From Candidatus Electronema halotolerans (lineage in GTDB: Bacteria > Desulfobacterota > Desulfobulbia > Desulfobulbales > Desulfobulbaceae): a DNA stretch of 32,000 nucleotides. The notes beneath the pieces were generated by a model. It made no database searches. It worked only from the letters and a program-made list of their open reading frames with translations, and was not told where the DNA came from. Within the stretch, counting starts at the first letter, position 1, and the number at the start of each line of letters is the position of its first letter. The translations under genes and the position numbers were made by a program. Location: NCBI GenBank assembly GCA_942493095.1, contig OW818675.1, forward strand, positions 2,970,001 through 3,002,000, written 5' to 3'. Below, piece after piece: positions 8,876 through 17,118 of the stretch.

Positions 8876-10002
8876 CAGTGCGGCCCTCCGCCGGTGATAA
8901 TGTTTTTCTCCCAGACTTCGCCAAGGCTGTAATCTTCAAGCCATGCCTCCAGTTCTTTCGGATCAAGCCGTCTGAACTGCGATTCATTGCCTTTCCGATT
9001 CGTCACAATCACATCTTCCGCCTCAAAGCTGTTGAGGAAGGTGCTTGACTGGGTGCTGACAAGCACTTGCGTGTGCTGCGAAGCCCGGCGGAACAAGGAG
9101 GCTATGACATTGAGAGCATAAGGATGCAGGCCGAGTTCAGGCTCGTCAACAATGATCAGATCAGGCAGTTCATTTGCTGGCTGCATGAGCAGCGTGATCA
9201 GACAGATAGCGCGCAGGGTGCCATCTGAAAGCTGGTGGGGGCCGAAGACCTGATCAGACCCTTTTCCCCGCCAATTCAGCATGATCTCCCGTTTGCCCGG
9301 ACCGGTTGGCTCCAGATCAAAGTCATCAAAAAACGGGGCGATGAGACTGACTGTCCTGACAATTGGATGATACGCAGCACCGTCTTTTTCATGGCGCAGT
9401 CTGTAAAGCAGAGCGGCCAAGTTGCCCGCATCAGGCATCAGCCAGTAGTCATCGGCGATATAACAGTATTGGTGAATCCGCGCCGTGGGCGAGGTGTCAT
9501 GAAAATGATAGACCCGGCAACGAGTGAGCAGATGGATTAACCCCCGCACCTCCATTTTATGAAATGAGCTAATGTCCTTTGCTGAGTTTGCCAGTGAGAG
9601 CATCCGTGTTTCACGATGTCCTGCGGCTAATGAAATCTTCTTTGGAGATGGATGCCCAGATGAAAAGAAGCTCAGAATCTCTTCAGCAAAAACAAGTGTA
9701 TCTCCCGTTGCATGAATCAAGCGCATTTCATAGATGTTCTTGCTGCTGTCCACTTCAAATTCCAGCTTGGCCTCCATCTGCGGTGTCATCTTGGGGCCAA
9801 AGTGCAGTAGGGACTGCGCACGCCCGGACATGCCAATGTGCTGCTGAAGCCGCTCCGCCATCATCTCGTTGAGCATCTTGAAAAATGAGACAAAGTTGCT
9901 CTTTCCAGCCCCGTTCGCCCCAATGAGGACATTCAGATTGCGCAGCTCAATGTCCATTTCTTTAATGGACTTGAAGCCTTTAATGATTATCCGTTTCAGC
10001 AT
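8875..10002 (-). CDS. AAA family ATPase (RecF/SMC/OLD-like, AAA_21 type)
   Basis: KRIIIKGFKSIKEMDIELRNLNVLIGANGAGKSNFVSFF (Walker A), QLSDGTLRAICL (signature), LIIVDEPELGLHPYAL (Walker B), QVLVSTQSSTFLNSF. Confidence 0.88.
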   Translation of the reverse strand: MLKRIIIKGFKSIKEMDIELRNLNVLIGANGAGKSNFVSFFKMLNEMMAERLQQHIGMSGRAQSLLHFGPKMTPQMEAKLEFEVDSSKNIYEMRLIHATGDTLVFAEEILSFFSSGHPSPKKISLAAGHRETRMLSLANSAKDISSFHKMEVRGLIHLLTRCRVYHFHDTSPTARIHQYCYIADDYWLMPDAGNLAALLYRLRHEKDGAAYHPIVRTVSLIAPFFDDFDLEPTGPGKREIMLNWRGKGSDQVFGPHQLSDGTLRAICLITLLMQPANELPDLIIVDEPELGLHPYALNVIASLFRRASQHTQVLVSTQSSTFLNSFEAEDVIVTNRKGNESQFRRLDPKELEAWLEDYSLGEVWEKNIITGGGPH

Positions 10003-10087
10003 CTTTTTCTTGATTTTATCCTGTGACGCGACATTGCCTAGCAGAATTTTTCTGTCTCCGTCAAAGCCGCTGTGCTATCTTCGCCGC

Positions 10088-10252
10088 ATGCGAACCCGAC
10101 TGACCATGACTGTTGCAGCACTGCTGCTCATCGCCATGCTGCTGATCTGGCAGCGGGATGTGAGACAGAAAATGCAAGATTTAAAACAGGTTCCGAGATA
10201 CTTTCCTTTGCGGAATTCTGTCTTGACGGACAGGAAGGCCAGCTCATCCTGA
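10088..10252 (+). CDS. Possible small membrane-anchored protein (uncertain)
   Basis: MRTRLTMTVAALLLIAMLLIWQRDVRQKMQDLKQVPRYFPLRNSVLTDRKASSS: one hydrophobic segment followed by a charged tail, in a convergent gap between minus-strand genes. No homology recognised. Confidence 0.25.
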   Translation: MRTRLTMTVAALLLIAMLLIWQRDVRQKMQDLKQVPRYFPLRNSVLTDRKASSS

Positions 10253-10284
10253 TGTTGGAAGAAGACATGCAGGCAACCGACATC

Positions 10285-11046
10285 TCACCTCCTCTGTTGG
10301 CGGCAGCCATGACTGAATCCAGCATCATAAAGGCGTGAGGCGGCAGCCGCTTCATCTGATAATGCAGCTCCCACCAGAATCATTGCCGTTTTGCGGATGC
10401 CTGCCGCCTGCACCTTGGCGGCAATGTCTGCTAATGAGCCTTGGATAATGCGCTCATCCGGCCAGGAAGCCTTTTCCACCACTGCCGCGCTTGTCTCGGC
10501 TGGATAACCGCCTGCAACCAGCTCGGCAGCAACCTGCTCAATCATGCCCACAGACAGGAAAATGCAGAGCGAGGCCCGAATTGCCGCCAGCTTGGGCAGC
10601 GACTCTGCTTCCGGCACTGGCGTGCGTCCGCTGATGCGGGTGAAAATCACGGTCTGGGTGATCTCCGGCACAGTCAGTTCCGCCTTGAGCGCGGCGGCGG
10701 CGGCAAAGGCCGAGCTGACTCCCGGCACCACTTCATAAGGGATGCCCTCCTGCTCAAGCCGCTGCATCTGCTCGCGGATGGCCCCGTACAGAGCTGGATC
10801 GCCAGTGTGCAGACGCACCACCTTCTTGTCCGCCTGCCAAGCCGCAGTCAGCACGGCCAGCACCTCATCCAAGGTCATTCCGGCAGAGTCGTGAATTTCC
10901 GCCTGCACCCCATCCAACAGGGCTGGATTGACCAAGCTGCCTGCATAGACGATCACGTCTGCCGCATCCAAGAGGCGGCGGCCTTTGAGGGTGATCAGTT
11001 CCGGGTCGCCCGGCCCAGCTCCAAGAAAGATAATTGGCTGCTTCAT
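10285..11046 (-). CDS. cobM: Precorrin-4/cobalt-precorrin-4 C11-methyltransferase
   Basis: PIIFLGAGPGDPELITLKGRRLLDAADVIVYAGSLVNPALLD...VRLHTGDPALYGAIREQM...YEVVPGVSSAFAAAAALKAELTVPEITQTVIFTRISGRTPVPE; canonical CobM/CbiF. Confidence 0.93.
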   Translation of the reverse strand: MKQPIIFLGAGPGDPELITLKGRRLLDAADVIVYAGSLVNPALLDGVQAEIHDSAGMTLDEVLAVLTAAWQADKKVVRLHTGDPALYGAIREQMQRLEQEGIPYEVVPGVSSAFAAAAALKAELTVPEITQTVIFTRISGRTPVPEAESLPKLAAIRASLCIFLSVGMIEQVAAELVAGGYPAETSAAVVEKASWPDERIIQGSLADIAAKVQAAGIRKTAMILVGAALSDEAAAASRLYDAGFSHGCRQQRR

Positions 11047-11819
11047 GTGCTTGCTGTGCTGACCTGCTTTTTCCGCAGAATCATGGTGGAGAAATAATGG
11101 AGATCGCGGCCCTGCGCCTCGCGGATATTGTTGTAAATGCGCTGATCAGGCAGGCCGCAGCGTTCAACCAGCACCGCCTTGTCAGTCAGGCCGAGTTCGT
11201 CCAAGAGACTGATCAGACGGGGAAGCTGGCGGAACATCTTCATCAACACCACCGCGTCTGAATTGAGGAGAATACCGCGCAGCCGCTCGTCGTCAAAGGC
11301 GGCTGGCACCACGGTGAGCACGTCATCGCCCAAGCCCAGCGGGCTGCCGACTTGGGCCGAGCAAGCTGACATGGCCGTGATGCCCGGCACAATGGTCACG
11401 GGCAGGCCGGGCCGCAGCTCGTGCAAGGTGGCAAGCAGGTAAAAGGCAGTGGAGTACAGCCCTGGATCGCCGAGCGTGGGAAAGGCCACGTCCTGCCCCT
11501 GCTCAAGGTGAGCAAGCACCTTTTGCGCCGCCCGCTGCCAGCCCTGCGCCGCTTCCGGGTCTGGCCCACAGCCGAGACGAATTTTCTTCATTGGAAAGCA
11601 GAGTTCCAGCACAGTCTTGTCGGCAAGGCCGACCATTGCCGCTGCAATCTGCAAGGCACTGCTGCTGCCGTCCTCCTTAGCCTTGGGCGCGGCCCAGACG
11701 CGGCACTGCTCCAATATCCGCACTGCCTTGCAGGTCATCAGCTCCGGGTCGCCCGGGCCAATGCCGACAATATGCAGACGACCTGTCTGTTTTGCGTCTG
11801 ATGTATATTCCGCCTTCAC
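11043..11819 (-). CDS. cobI: Precorrin-2/cobalt-factor II C20-methyltransferase
   Basis: RLHIVGIGPGDPELMTCKAVRILEQCRVWAAPKAKEDGSSSAL...VAFPTLGDPGLYSTAFYLL...VTIVPGITAMSACSAQVGSPL; CobI/CbiL type. Overlaps cobM by 4 nt. Confidence 0.9.
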   Translation of the reverse strand: MKAEYTSDAKQTGRLHIVGIGPGDPELMTCKAVRILEQCRVWAAPKAKEDGSSSALQIAAAMVGLADKTVLELCFPMKKIRLGCGPDPEAAQGWQRAAQKVLAHLEQGQDVAFPTLGDPGLYSTAFYLLATLHELRPGLPVTIVPGITAMSACSAQVGSPLGLGDDVLTVVPAAFDDERLRGILLNSDAVVLMKMFRQLPRLISLLDELGLTDKAVLVERCGLPDQRIYNNIREAQGRDLHYFSTMILRKKQVSTAST

Positions 11820-12064
11820 AAAGTTCTCTGCTGCACCAGCATGTTGAGGTCTTTCATAGCGTTTGATTTCCTTATGGACAGGATGAGGATTGCGTCAACG
11901 TGGTTGTTTGGCTCAAGGCTTTGCGCAATAAAGCAGAAGAAAGAAAACTCGTCAACGTAAACTTAGCGGGGTGCCAAAGTTCTGGCGCATCTTTCTCCGT
12001 GCTTCAGCCGGACTTTCGCCGGTCCAGTGCTTATGACCTTAGCGGCCCCGAAGAGAATGCGCTG

Positions 12065-12430
12065 CTACTGCTGTTCATCGTTGTCCCCGGCCAGCAGGTC
12101 CATGATTTTGTCCACAGACAGTTTGGACAGATCAGTGACCTTGCCGCGAATCTTGAGATAGACAGGTTTTCCGTTCGTCTGAATTGCTGCGAGCAGCTTT
12201 TTGACCCGCTCCATGCGCTTAACTCGTTCGGCAAACTGAAGCGAGCCTTCAATTGTGGCTGCGATCACGACAAGCTGCCAGATTACATCGCCCGGCCCTT
12301 TATGCTCGCCATCCGGCGGCGGTGCTGGGGTGAACTGCGCAGTCTGCTGCAACTCGCTCTGAATGAATTCTGCCACAGCAGCTTCCAGTTCCGGCTTGTC
12401 TTTGGGCAGGCGAAATTCTATTTCAGTCAT
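12065..12430 (-). CDS. Small hypothetical protein, possibly effector-associated constant component (EACC1)-like
   Basis: MTEIEFRLPKDKPELEAAVAEFIQSELQQ...GPGDVIWQLVVIAATIEGSLQFAERVKRMERVKKLLAAIQTNGKPVYLKIRGKVTDLSKLSVDKIMDLLAG. The link to EACC1 is by overall pattern only. Confidence 0.6.
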   Translation of the reverse strand: MTEIEFRLPKDKPELEAAVAEFIQSELQQTAQFTPAPPPDGEHKGPGDVIWQLVVIAATIEGSLQFAERVKRMERVKKLLAAIQTNGKPVYLKIRGKVTDLSKLSVDKIMDLLAGDNDEQQ

Positions 12431-12474
12431 GGCTTTTGTCCAATTCTCTTTTCAGGGTATCTGCTCCGAAGAAG

Positions 12475-12756
12475 TTAATAAACTTGATCATGCTTGCCTA
12501 TATCAAGCAGAACAATGACTTCAACATCCGCGCTTTGTTCGAGCGAGAACACAATTCGGCAATCATAGCCGCAACTACATGCGCGCAGCCCTTCCAATGT
12601 TCCGCTCAGTTTATGCGTATTCAGTGATGATGAGAAAATATCTTCCTGCATTTGTTCAAGAGTCATTTCAATGCTCTTCAGCAGTTTCTTGTCGCGGCGG
12701 ACAAATTTGCTGAAAGCTCGCTTGAACTTTGGGGTTACAACCAGCTCGCGTCTCAT
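12475..12756 (-). CDS. RelE/YafQ-family mRNA interferase-like toxin
   Basis: MRRELVVTPKFKRAFSKFVRRDKKLLKSIEMTLEQMQEDIFSSSLNTHKLSGTLEGLRACSCGYDCRIVFSLEQSADVEVIVLLDIGKHDQVY; RelE/YafQ pattern, ATGA overlap with the upstream antitoxin-like ORF. Confidence 0.82.
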   Translation of the reverse strand: MRRELVVTPKFKRAFSKFVRRDKKLLKSIEMTLEQMQEDIFSSSLNTHKLSGTLEGLRACSCGYDCRIVFSLEQSADVEVIVLLDIGKHDQVY

Positions 12757-12980
12757 TCCTCTTTGTTCATGTATTCCCGAAGTTCTTTGATCGCATCCTG
12801 CGCTGACTGAGGTTTCAGCTCGCCTCGGCGAAACATTGCTAAAGAATCTTTTGCATCTCTGGAAATTTCGTGCCGCACAGCTTCAATGTCCCAGCTATGT
12901 ATCAAATCAGCAAGTATTTTCCGCTGTCTTGGAGAAAAATGTCGGATTGTTTCCACCACCTGTTCAAATGTCATGGACAT
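12753..12980 (-). CDS. Antitoxin-like partner of the RelE/YafQ-type toxin
   Basis: MSMTFEQVVETIRHFSPRQRKILADLIHSWDIEAVRHEISRDAKDSLAMFRRGELKPQSAQDAIKELREYMNKEE. Start trimmed from the track's 13142 to ATG 12980, which has GGAGG 9 nt upstream. 4-nt overlap with the toxin. Confidence 0.75.
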   Translation of the reverse strand: MSMTFEQVVETIRHFSPRQRKILADLIHSWDIEAVRHEISRDAKDSLAMFRRGELKPQSAQDAIKELREYMNKEE

Positions 12981-13027
12981 GCCTGCATTCCTCCGGCTGG
13001 CAATCTTTTGTTTTTCTTGGCAGTACA

Positions 13028-13049
13028 GCCCTTCGACTTCGCTCAGGGC
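13028..13049. repeat. Copy of a GCCCTTCGACTTCGCTCAGGGC-type short intergenic repeat
   Basis: Read directly, with GCCC/GGGC ends. Encodes the ALSEVEG / FDFAQGTR strings seen in spurious ORFs. Lies between the antitoxin start and the CHAT gene stop. Confidence 0.5.
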
Positions 13050-13098
13050 ACTCGCGCCGATAAGCACTCTGAATGCGCGCTGCGCTTTCAATCTGCCT

Positions 13099-16000
13099 TC
13101 AGGCATCTGGTTCAACAATACTCCATTCCTCGAATTTCTCAAGGGTTTCTATGGGCTGATTGCCGCTGATGACCTCAGCAAGGGCGGCCAGCAGCGCAGG
13201 GTTGGGATGGCCGTCCTGCTCGGCCCTGCGGACATTGTCTGTCAAGTTCCAGCCAAGGGAGCGCACCCCGTCCAGCAGGAGTTTTTTCAGAGGGCTGAGA
13301 GTCTGGGGCTGGCAGTGGGCGTAGCGGTAGAAGGCCAGTTCTACAGCTAAATCCGGGGCTTCTTTTTCCTGATGCTGCTCTGCCTGTTCCAGCATTTCGA
13401 CAGCCTTGCTGCGATTGCCTTGCACGAAAAGAAGTTTGGCGTAGTTGCCAAGATTGTTTGCATCTTTCGGGTCAGCCTCCACAGCCCGCTCGTACATGGC
13501 TTCCGCTGCTGCGTAATCTTGCTTCTGCTGCCAAAGAAAATTTGCGTAGTTGCCGAGATTGTTCGCATGATTCGGGTCAGCCTCCACAGCCCGCTCGTAC
13601 ATCGCTTCCGCCGCTGCGTAATCTTGCTTCTGAAAATGCAAAAAATAGGCGTATCTGCCGAGATTGCGCGCATGATTCGGGTCAGCCTCCACAGCCCGCT
13701 CGTACATCGCTTCCGCCGCTGCGTAATCTTGCTTCTGAAAATGCAAAAAATAGGCGTAGTTGTCGAGATTGTTCGCATGATTCGGGTCAGCCTCCACAGC
13801 CCGCTTGTACATGGCTTCCGCTGCTGCGTAATCTTGCTTCTGATTCGCCAGAAAGAGAGCGTAGTTGCCGAGAGTGTTCGCATGATTCGGGTCAGCCTCC
13901 ACAGCCCGCTCGTACATCGCTTCCGCCGCTGCGTAATCTTGCTTCTGATTCTTCAGAAAGAGGGCGTAGTTGCCGAGAATGTTCGCATGATTCGGGTCAG
14001 CCTCCACCGCCCGCTCGTACATCGCTTCCGCCGCTGCGTAATCTTGCTTCTGATTCTCCAGAAAGACAGCGTAGTTGCCGAGATTGTTCGCATGATTTGG
14101 GTCAGCTTCTATAGCCCGCTCGTACATGGCTTCCGCTGCTGCGTAATCTTGCTTCTGCTGCCAAAGAAAAGTGGCGTAGTTGCCGAGATTGCGCGCATGA
14201 TTCGGGTCAGCCTCCACCGCCCGCTCGTACATCGCTTCCGCTGCTGCGTAATCTTGCTTCTGATTCTTCAGAAAGAGGGCGTAGTTGCCGAGATAGATAG
14301 CTCTTTCTTTATCTGTTTTTGCCAATTGCAGAGCTGTGTCCAGCCGGTTTTCTTCATCTGCCAGATCAGCGTCCTGCAAAAGTTTCTCTGTGGTTTTGTC
14401 CAGTTCGCCAAAATACAGAAAATATGCCTGCCTGAGCAGTTCTCCTCTTCCCGAAAATTGACTGAACATCAAAAAAAGAATACCTTGAGACTCTTTTTCT
14501 GCTTCTTTTTTCTTTTTATCGCGCTCTTCATCAAAAACTTTATACAGTTCGGTAAACTGAAAGACAGATAACCCCTCTAAAGCATAGCCACTCACCCGTA
14601 ATTTTTCAAAAACATGAAGTGAAAGCGACAGCTCAAGATAATTGATAAACGTATCTGCATCAAAGCCGATTTCCTCCCAATCTGCTGCACAGTTCCTAAT
14701 GCAAAGCCGATGCAAAGCGGCAATGCGCCGCTGGTCTGTCTCGCTGGAGAGCGGCAGTTCTCCTGCATATTCGGCGGAAAAATGATTAGCGCGAATAAAG
14801 TCAATACTCTCCTTGAGAGTCTCTGTTTCCGGCACCGCATACTCTGCCAAAAAATCCTTGAACCAAATCCGCCAGAGCAGCGGCGCGCAAATCTTGGCCA
14901 GAAAATTTCTATCCTCCCGGCCCAGCGGCTCCACCACCTTCCTTGCCAAACCATAGCAGGAAATATGGCCGTCCACATCCCGGCCCTGCCAATGACAGAG
15001 CAGGCCGAAGTTGTCCAACCGTTGCAGGGCTGCTGCCGGATCAGCAATTCCGGCCTTTGGACCAGCTTGCAGGAGCAGCTCTTCCGGCACCGGCACCTCA
15101 AACAGAGTCAGCAGACGCAGGAACTCACGTTCGCTGTTGCGCAGTGCCCGACTGTAAACCTCCAAGGCAATGCGCTGAAAATACTTGTCAACTTCATCCG
15201 CAGGCGATGCTGCTTCCAGCTCGGCTTGCGAGGCGGCAATTCGCTGCAAAGCACTGTCCAACGCGGCCAACTCGCCCTTGAGCAGCGGCGGAAAAAGCAC
15301 GGCCTGCAAACCGGGATTGCCCTGCGCTGCGGCAAAAATCCGCTCCAGATACTGCGCATCCTGAACCTTATCCCGCTCTTGGCTCCCGTCGCGCTGGAGC
15401 AAAGCCAGCCAGTGCTTTTCCTGCTCGGCCACAGTCATGTCCGGCACATTGATTGCCCGCAGCTTGGCGCACAAATCCTCGCCGTGGCGGTTGCGCAGAG
15501 TGAAGCAGCAGCGGGAGGTGAGCAGCAGGCGCGAGTCGGTGTCCGCTTCGGCAAACGCTTCAATCAATGCCTTGAAAACAGGTTGATATTCCCGCTTGAC
15601 CTCGGCCTTGTCTCCTTGCGTAGGCAGCGGCTCCAGAATGTGCTGCTCCAGATCGTCTGCCACCAAAACTATGGGCTGCTGATCAAAGATCCCTTCCAGC
15701 AGGCTCAGGAGAATGCCTTTCAGCCTGCCCGGATCCGCCTGCACCTTGGCTAACAGCCCAGCAAAATCAATCTCCGCATCCCGCGCAGCATCTTGCAGCA
15801 CTTCCAGCAGATCAATGGCCTGATAATGGCGATACAGGACAGCGGCCTTGCAGCGCGGCTCCAGCCGGTCAACAATCCGGGCCGCCAAGCTGGATTTGCC
15901 CGTGCCGCCAATGCCGTAGAGCAGCACGGGCCGCTGCTCGGCAAAGGCTTGCAGAGCCTCCTTGGTCTGCCAGCGTCTGCCGACAAAAGTTTCCCGGCTG

Positions 16001-17088
16001 GCAACCTGCACTTCCCCTTTTTTGTTGTCCAACAGCTCATGGCAGGGCCGCCCGCCGCGCTTGGGACTTTTCGGCTGCCGCCGCGAAATCAGGGGCAGGC
16101 CGCCTGCCGGGCCGAGACAGCAGCGGGCGGAATGCCAGTACGGGCAGCCTTCCCGGAGCATGGCCTGCCGGGCAAGAGCGCAGGCTGCGGGCACAGTTTC
16201 CTCAAATTGCAGGGCCTGATAAAAATGCTGGGCAAAACGGGTCGCGTCCTCGTCTGCTACAGCTCCGTCCCAGCCGACAAGATTGGCAATACCGAGGCGG
16301 GCCAGTTCAACCAGCAGCGAACGATGGTCGCGGTGTTCCGCGCTGTGGCAGGCTGAGAGAAAAAGAGTGCTGAACTGGTCGCGCAGGGGAATGAAATCAT
16401 GGGCCGTCGCAGGCAGGAGGCCGAATTGCCGGTCTTCGAGATGCAGGACAAAACCGCGTTCCGGGTCAAAGCTGCCGTGACAGGAAAGATGGAGGACATC
16501 GCAATGAGCGGTGTCAAGAAGGCGACTGCGCAGCCCGTCCAGACTGCCGGATTCATCGACAATCAGATTGAGCGTGCGACAGGTGCGGGCAGCGGCGAAA
16601 ATGGCCCGCTCTTCCGCTTCATAGCTGAGACCGCTGCTCAGTTCCGGGTCAGCGGCCATGAAAACTAAGGTCAGATCGCGGTATTGCGGCTGGCGCAATG
16701 TGGGTGCTGGTTGACCAGCGCGCCGGAGCACTTCAAAAGGCTGAGGAGCAGCAGCAAGAAATTGGCTGTCTGCGGCGAGAATCTCCCACGGCAGCCGCAG
16801 GAGCAGTTCGTCATCATCTGCCTCAGCAAGAACAATGAGCTGCCGCGTGCCGGGCGCATCCAGCCATTGCCGGAGAAGCTGCGGATTGCCGTTGAAAATT
16901 AACTCAGCCAGCCGTTCACCAAGTGCAAGCAGGGCGGCGTTGTCTCCAGATTGACGCAGGTCGGCGTAGGTTTCGTAGCAGTCCTCTAACCCGCTGCGCA
17001 GTGCATCAGTCAGGTCGATGGACAGCGGCGGCTGGCTGGCAAGGTTGAGGAGCAGATTGTTGTCAGCAAGCTGAAGCGTCAGATTCAT
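13099..17088 (-). CDS. CHAT-domain protease fused to a STAND-like P-loop NTPase and C-terminal TPR repeats (1329 aa)
   Basis: CHAT His region CDVLHLSCHGSFDPERG and Cys region STLFLSACHSAEHRDHRSL; FVGRRWQTKEALQAF...VLLYGIGGTGKSSLAARI (Walker A), PIVLVADDLE (Walker B), LLLTSR; C-terminal (NYALFLKNQKQDYAAAEAMYERAVEADPNHANNLG)n TPRs. Confidence 0.9.
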   Translation of the reverse strand: MNLTLQLADNNLLLNLASQPPLSIDLTDALRSGLEDCYETYADLRQSGDNAALLALGERLAELIFNGNPQLLRQWLDAPGTRQLIVLAEADDDELLLRLPWEILAADSQFLAAAPQPFEVLRRAGQPAPTLRQPQYRDLTLVFMAADPELSSGLSYEAEERAIFAAARTCRTLNLIVDESGSLDGLRSRLLDTAHCDVLHLSCHGSFDPERGFVLHLEDRQFGLLPATAHDFIPLRDQFSTLFLSACHSAEHRDHRSLLVELARLGIANLVGWDGAVADEDATRFAQHFYQALQFEETVPAACALARQAMLREGCPYWHSARCCLGPAGGLPLISRRQPKSPKRGGRPCHELLDNKKGEVQVASRETFVGRRWQTKEALQAFAEQRPVLLYGIGGTGKSSLAARIVDRLEPRCKAAVLYRHYQAIDLLEVLQDAARDAEIDFAGLLAKVQADPGRLKGILLSLLEGIFDQQPIVLVADDLEQHILEPLPTQGDKAEVKREYQPVFKALIEAFAEADTDSRLLLTSRCCFTLRNRHGEDLCAKLRAINVPDMTVAEQEKHWLALLQRDGSQERDKVQDAQYLERIFAAAQGNPGLQAVLFPPLLKGELAALDSALQRIAASQAELEAASPADEVDKYFQRIALEVYSRALRNSEREFLRLLTLFEVPVPEELLLQAGPKAGIADPAAALQRLDNFGLLCHWQGRDVDGHISCYGLARKVVEPLGREDRNFLAKICAPLLWRIWFKDFLAEYAVPETETLKESIDFIRANHFSAEYAGELPLSSETDQRRIAALHRLCIRNCAADWEEIGFDADTFINYLELSLSLHVFEKLRVSGYALEGLSVFQFTELYKVFDEERDKKKKEAEKESQGILFLMFSQFSGRGELLRQAYFLYFGELDKTTEKLLQDADLADEENRLDTALQLAKTDKERAIYLGNYALFLKNQKQDYAAAEAMYERAVEADPNHARNLGNYATFLWQQKQDYAAAEAMYERAIEADPNHANNLGNYAVFLENQKQDYAAAEAMYERAVEADPNHANILGNYALFLKNQKQDYAAAEAMYERAVEADPNHANTLGNYALFLANQKQDYAAAEAMYKRAVEADPNHANNLDNYAYFLHFQKQDYAAAEAMYERAVEADPNHARNLGRYAYFLHFQKQDYAAAEAMYERAVEADPNHANNLGNYANFLWQQKQDYAAAEAMYERAVEADPKDANNLGNYAKLLFVQGNRSKAVEMLEQAEQHQEKEAPDLAVELAFYRYAHCQPQTLSPLKKLLLDGVRSLGWNLTDNVRRAEQDGHPNPALLAALAEVISGNQPIETLEKFEEWSIVEPDA
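13447..14286 (-). repeat. Eight near-identical tandem 105-bp (35-aa) TPR-encoding units inside the CHAT-STAND gene
   Basis: The shared motif cgtacat / tgtacat recurs at 13491, 13596, 13701, 13806 (tgtacat variant), 13911, 14016, 14121 and 14226, exactly 105 bp apart. A diverged ninth unit (NYAKLLFVQGNRSKAVEMLEQAEQ) follows at lower coordinates. Confidence 0.93.
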
Positions 17089-17118
17089 GCGCGTCTCGTT
17101 ACCCTGCCCTGCATCTCC

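Noticed and set aside
8875-10252. Reverse transcriptase or retron components near the ATPase/TOPRIM-like pair
   Set aside because: No RT motif (e.g. YxDD in an RT context) or msr/msd-like structured RNA was seen in the adjacent gaps.
12753-13142. 129-aa start for the antitoxin ORF as given in the track
   Set aside because: The N-terminal ~54 residues run through the CHAT 3' end and an intergenic repeat (ALSEVEG). ATG 12980 has a proper GGAGG RBS.
13447-14286. Possible CRISPR array, because of exact periodicity
   Set aside because: Units are contiguous at 105 bp with no unique spacers, stay in frame and encode TPR motifs.
13372-14571. 399-aa plus-strand ORF across the TPR region
   Set aside because: It is the antisense of the 105-bp repeats, and its repetitiveness is inherited from the TPR units. 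The minus strand encodes recognised domains throughout.
14710-15753. 347-aa plus-strand ORF
   Set aside because: Antisense to the STAND region of the CHAT protein. High-GC coding DNA commonly leaves the opposite strand open, and no recognisable domain is present.
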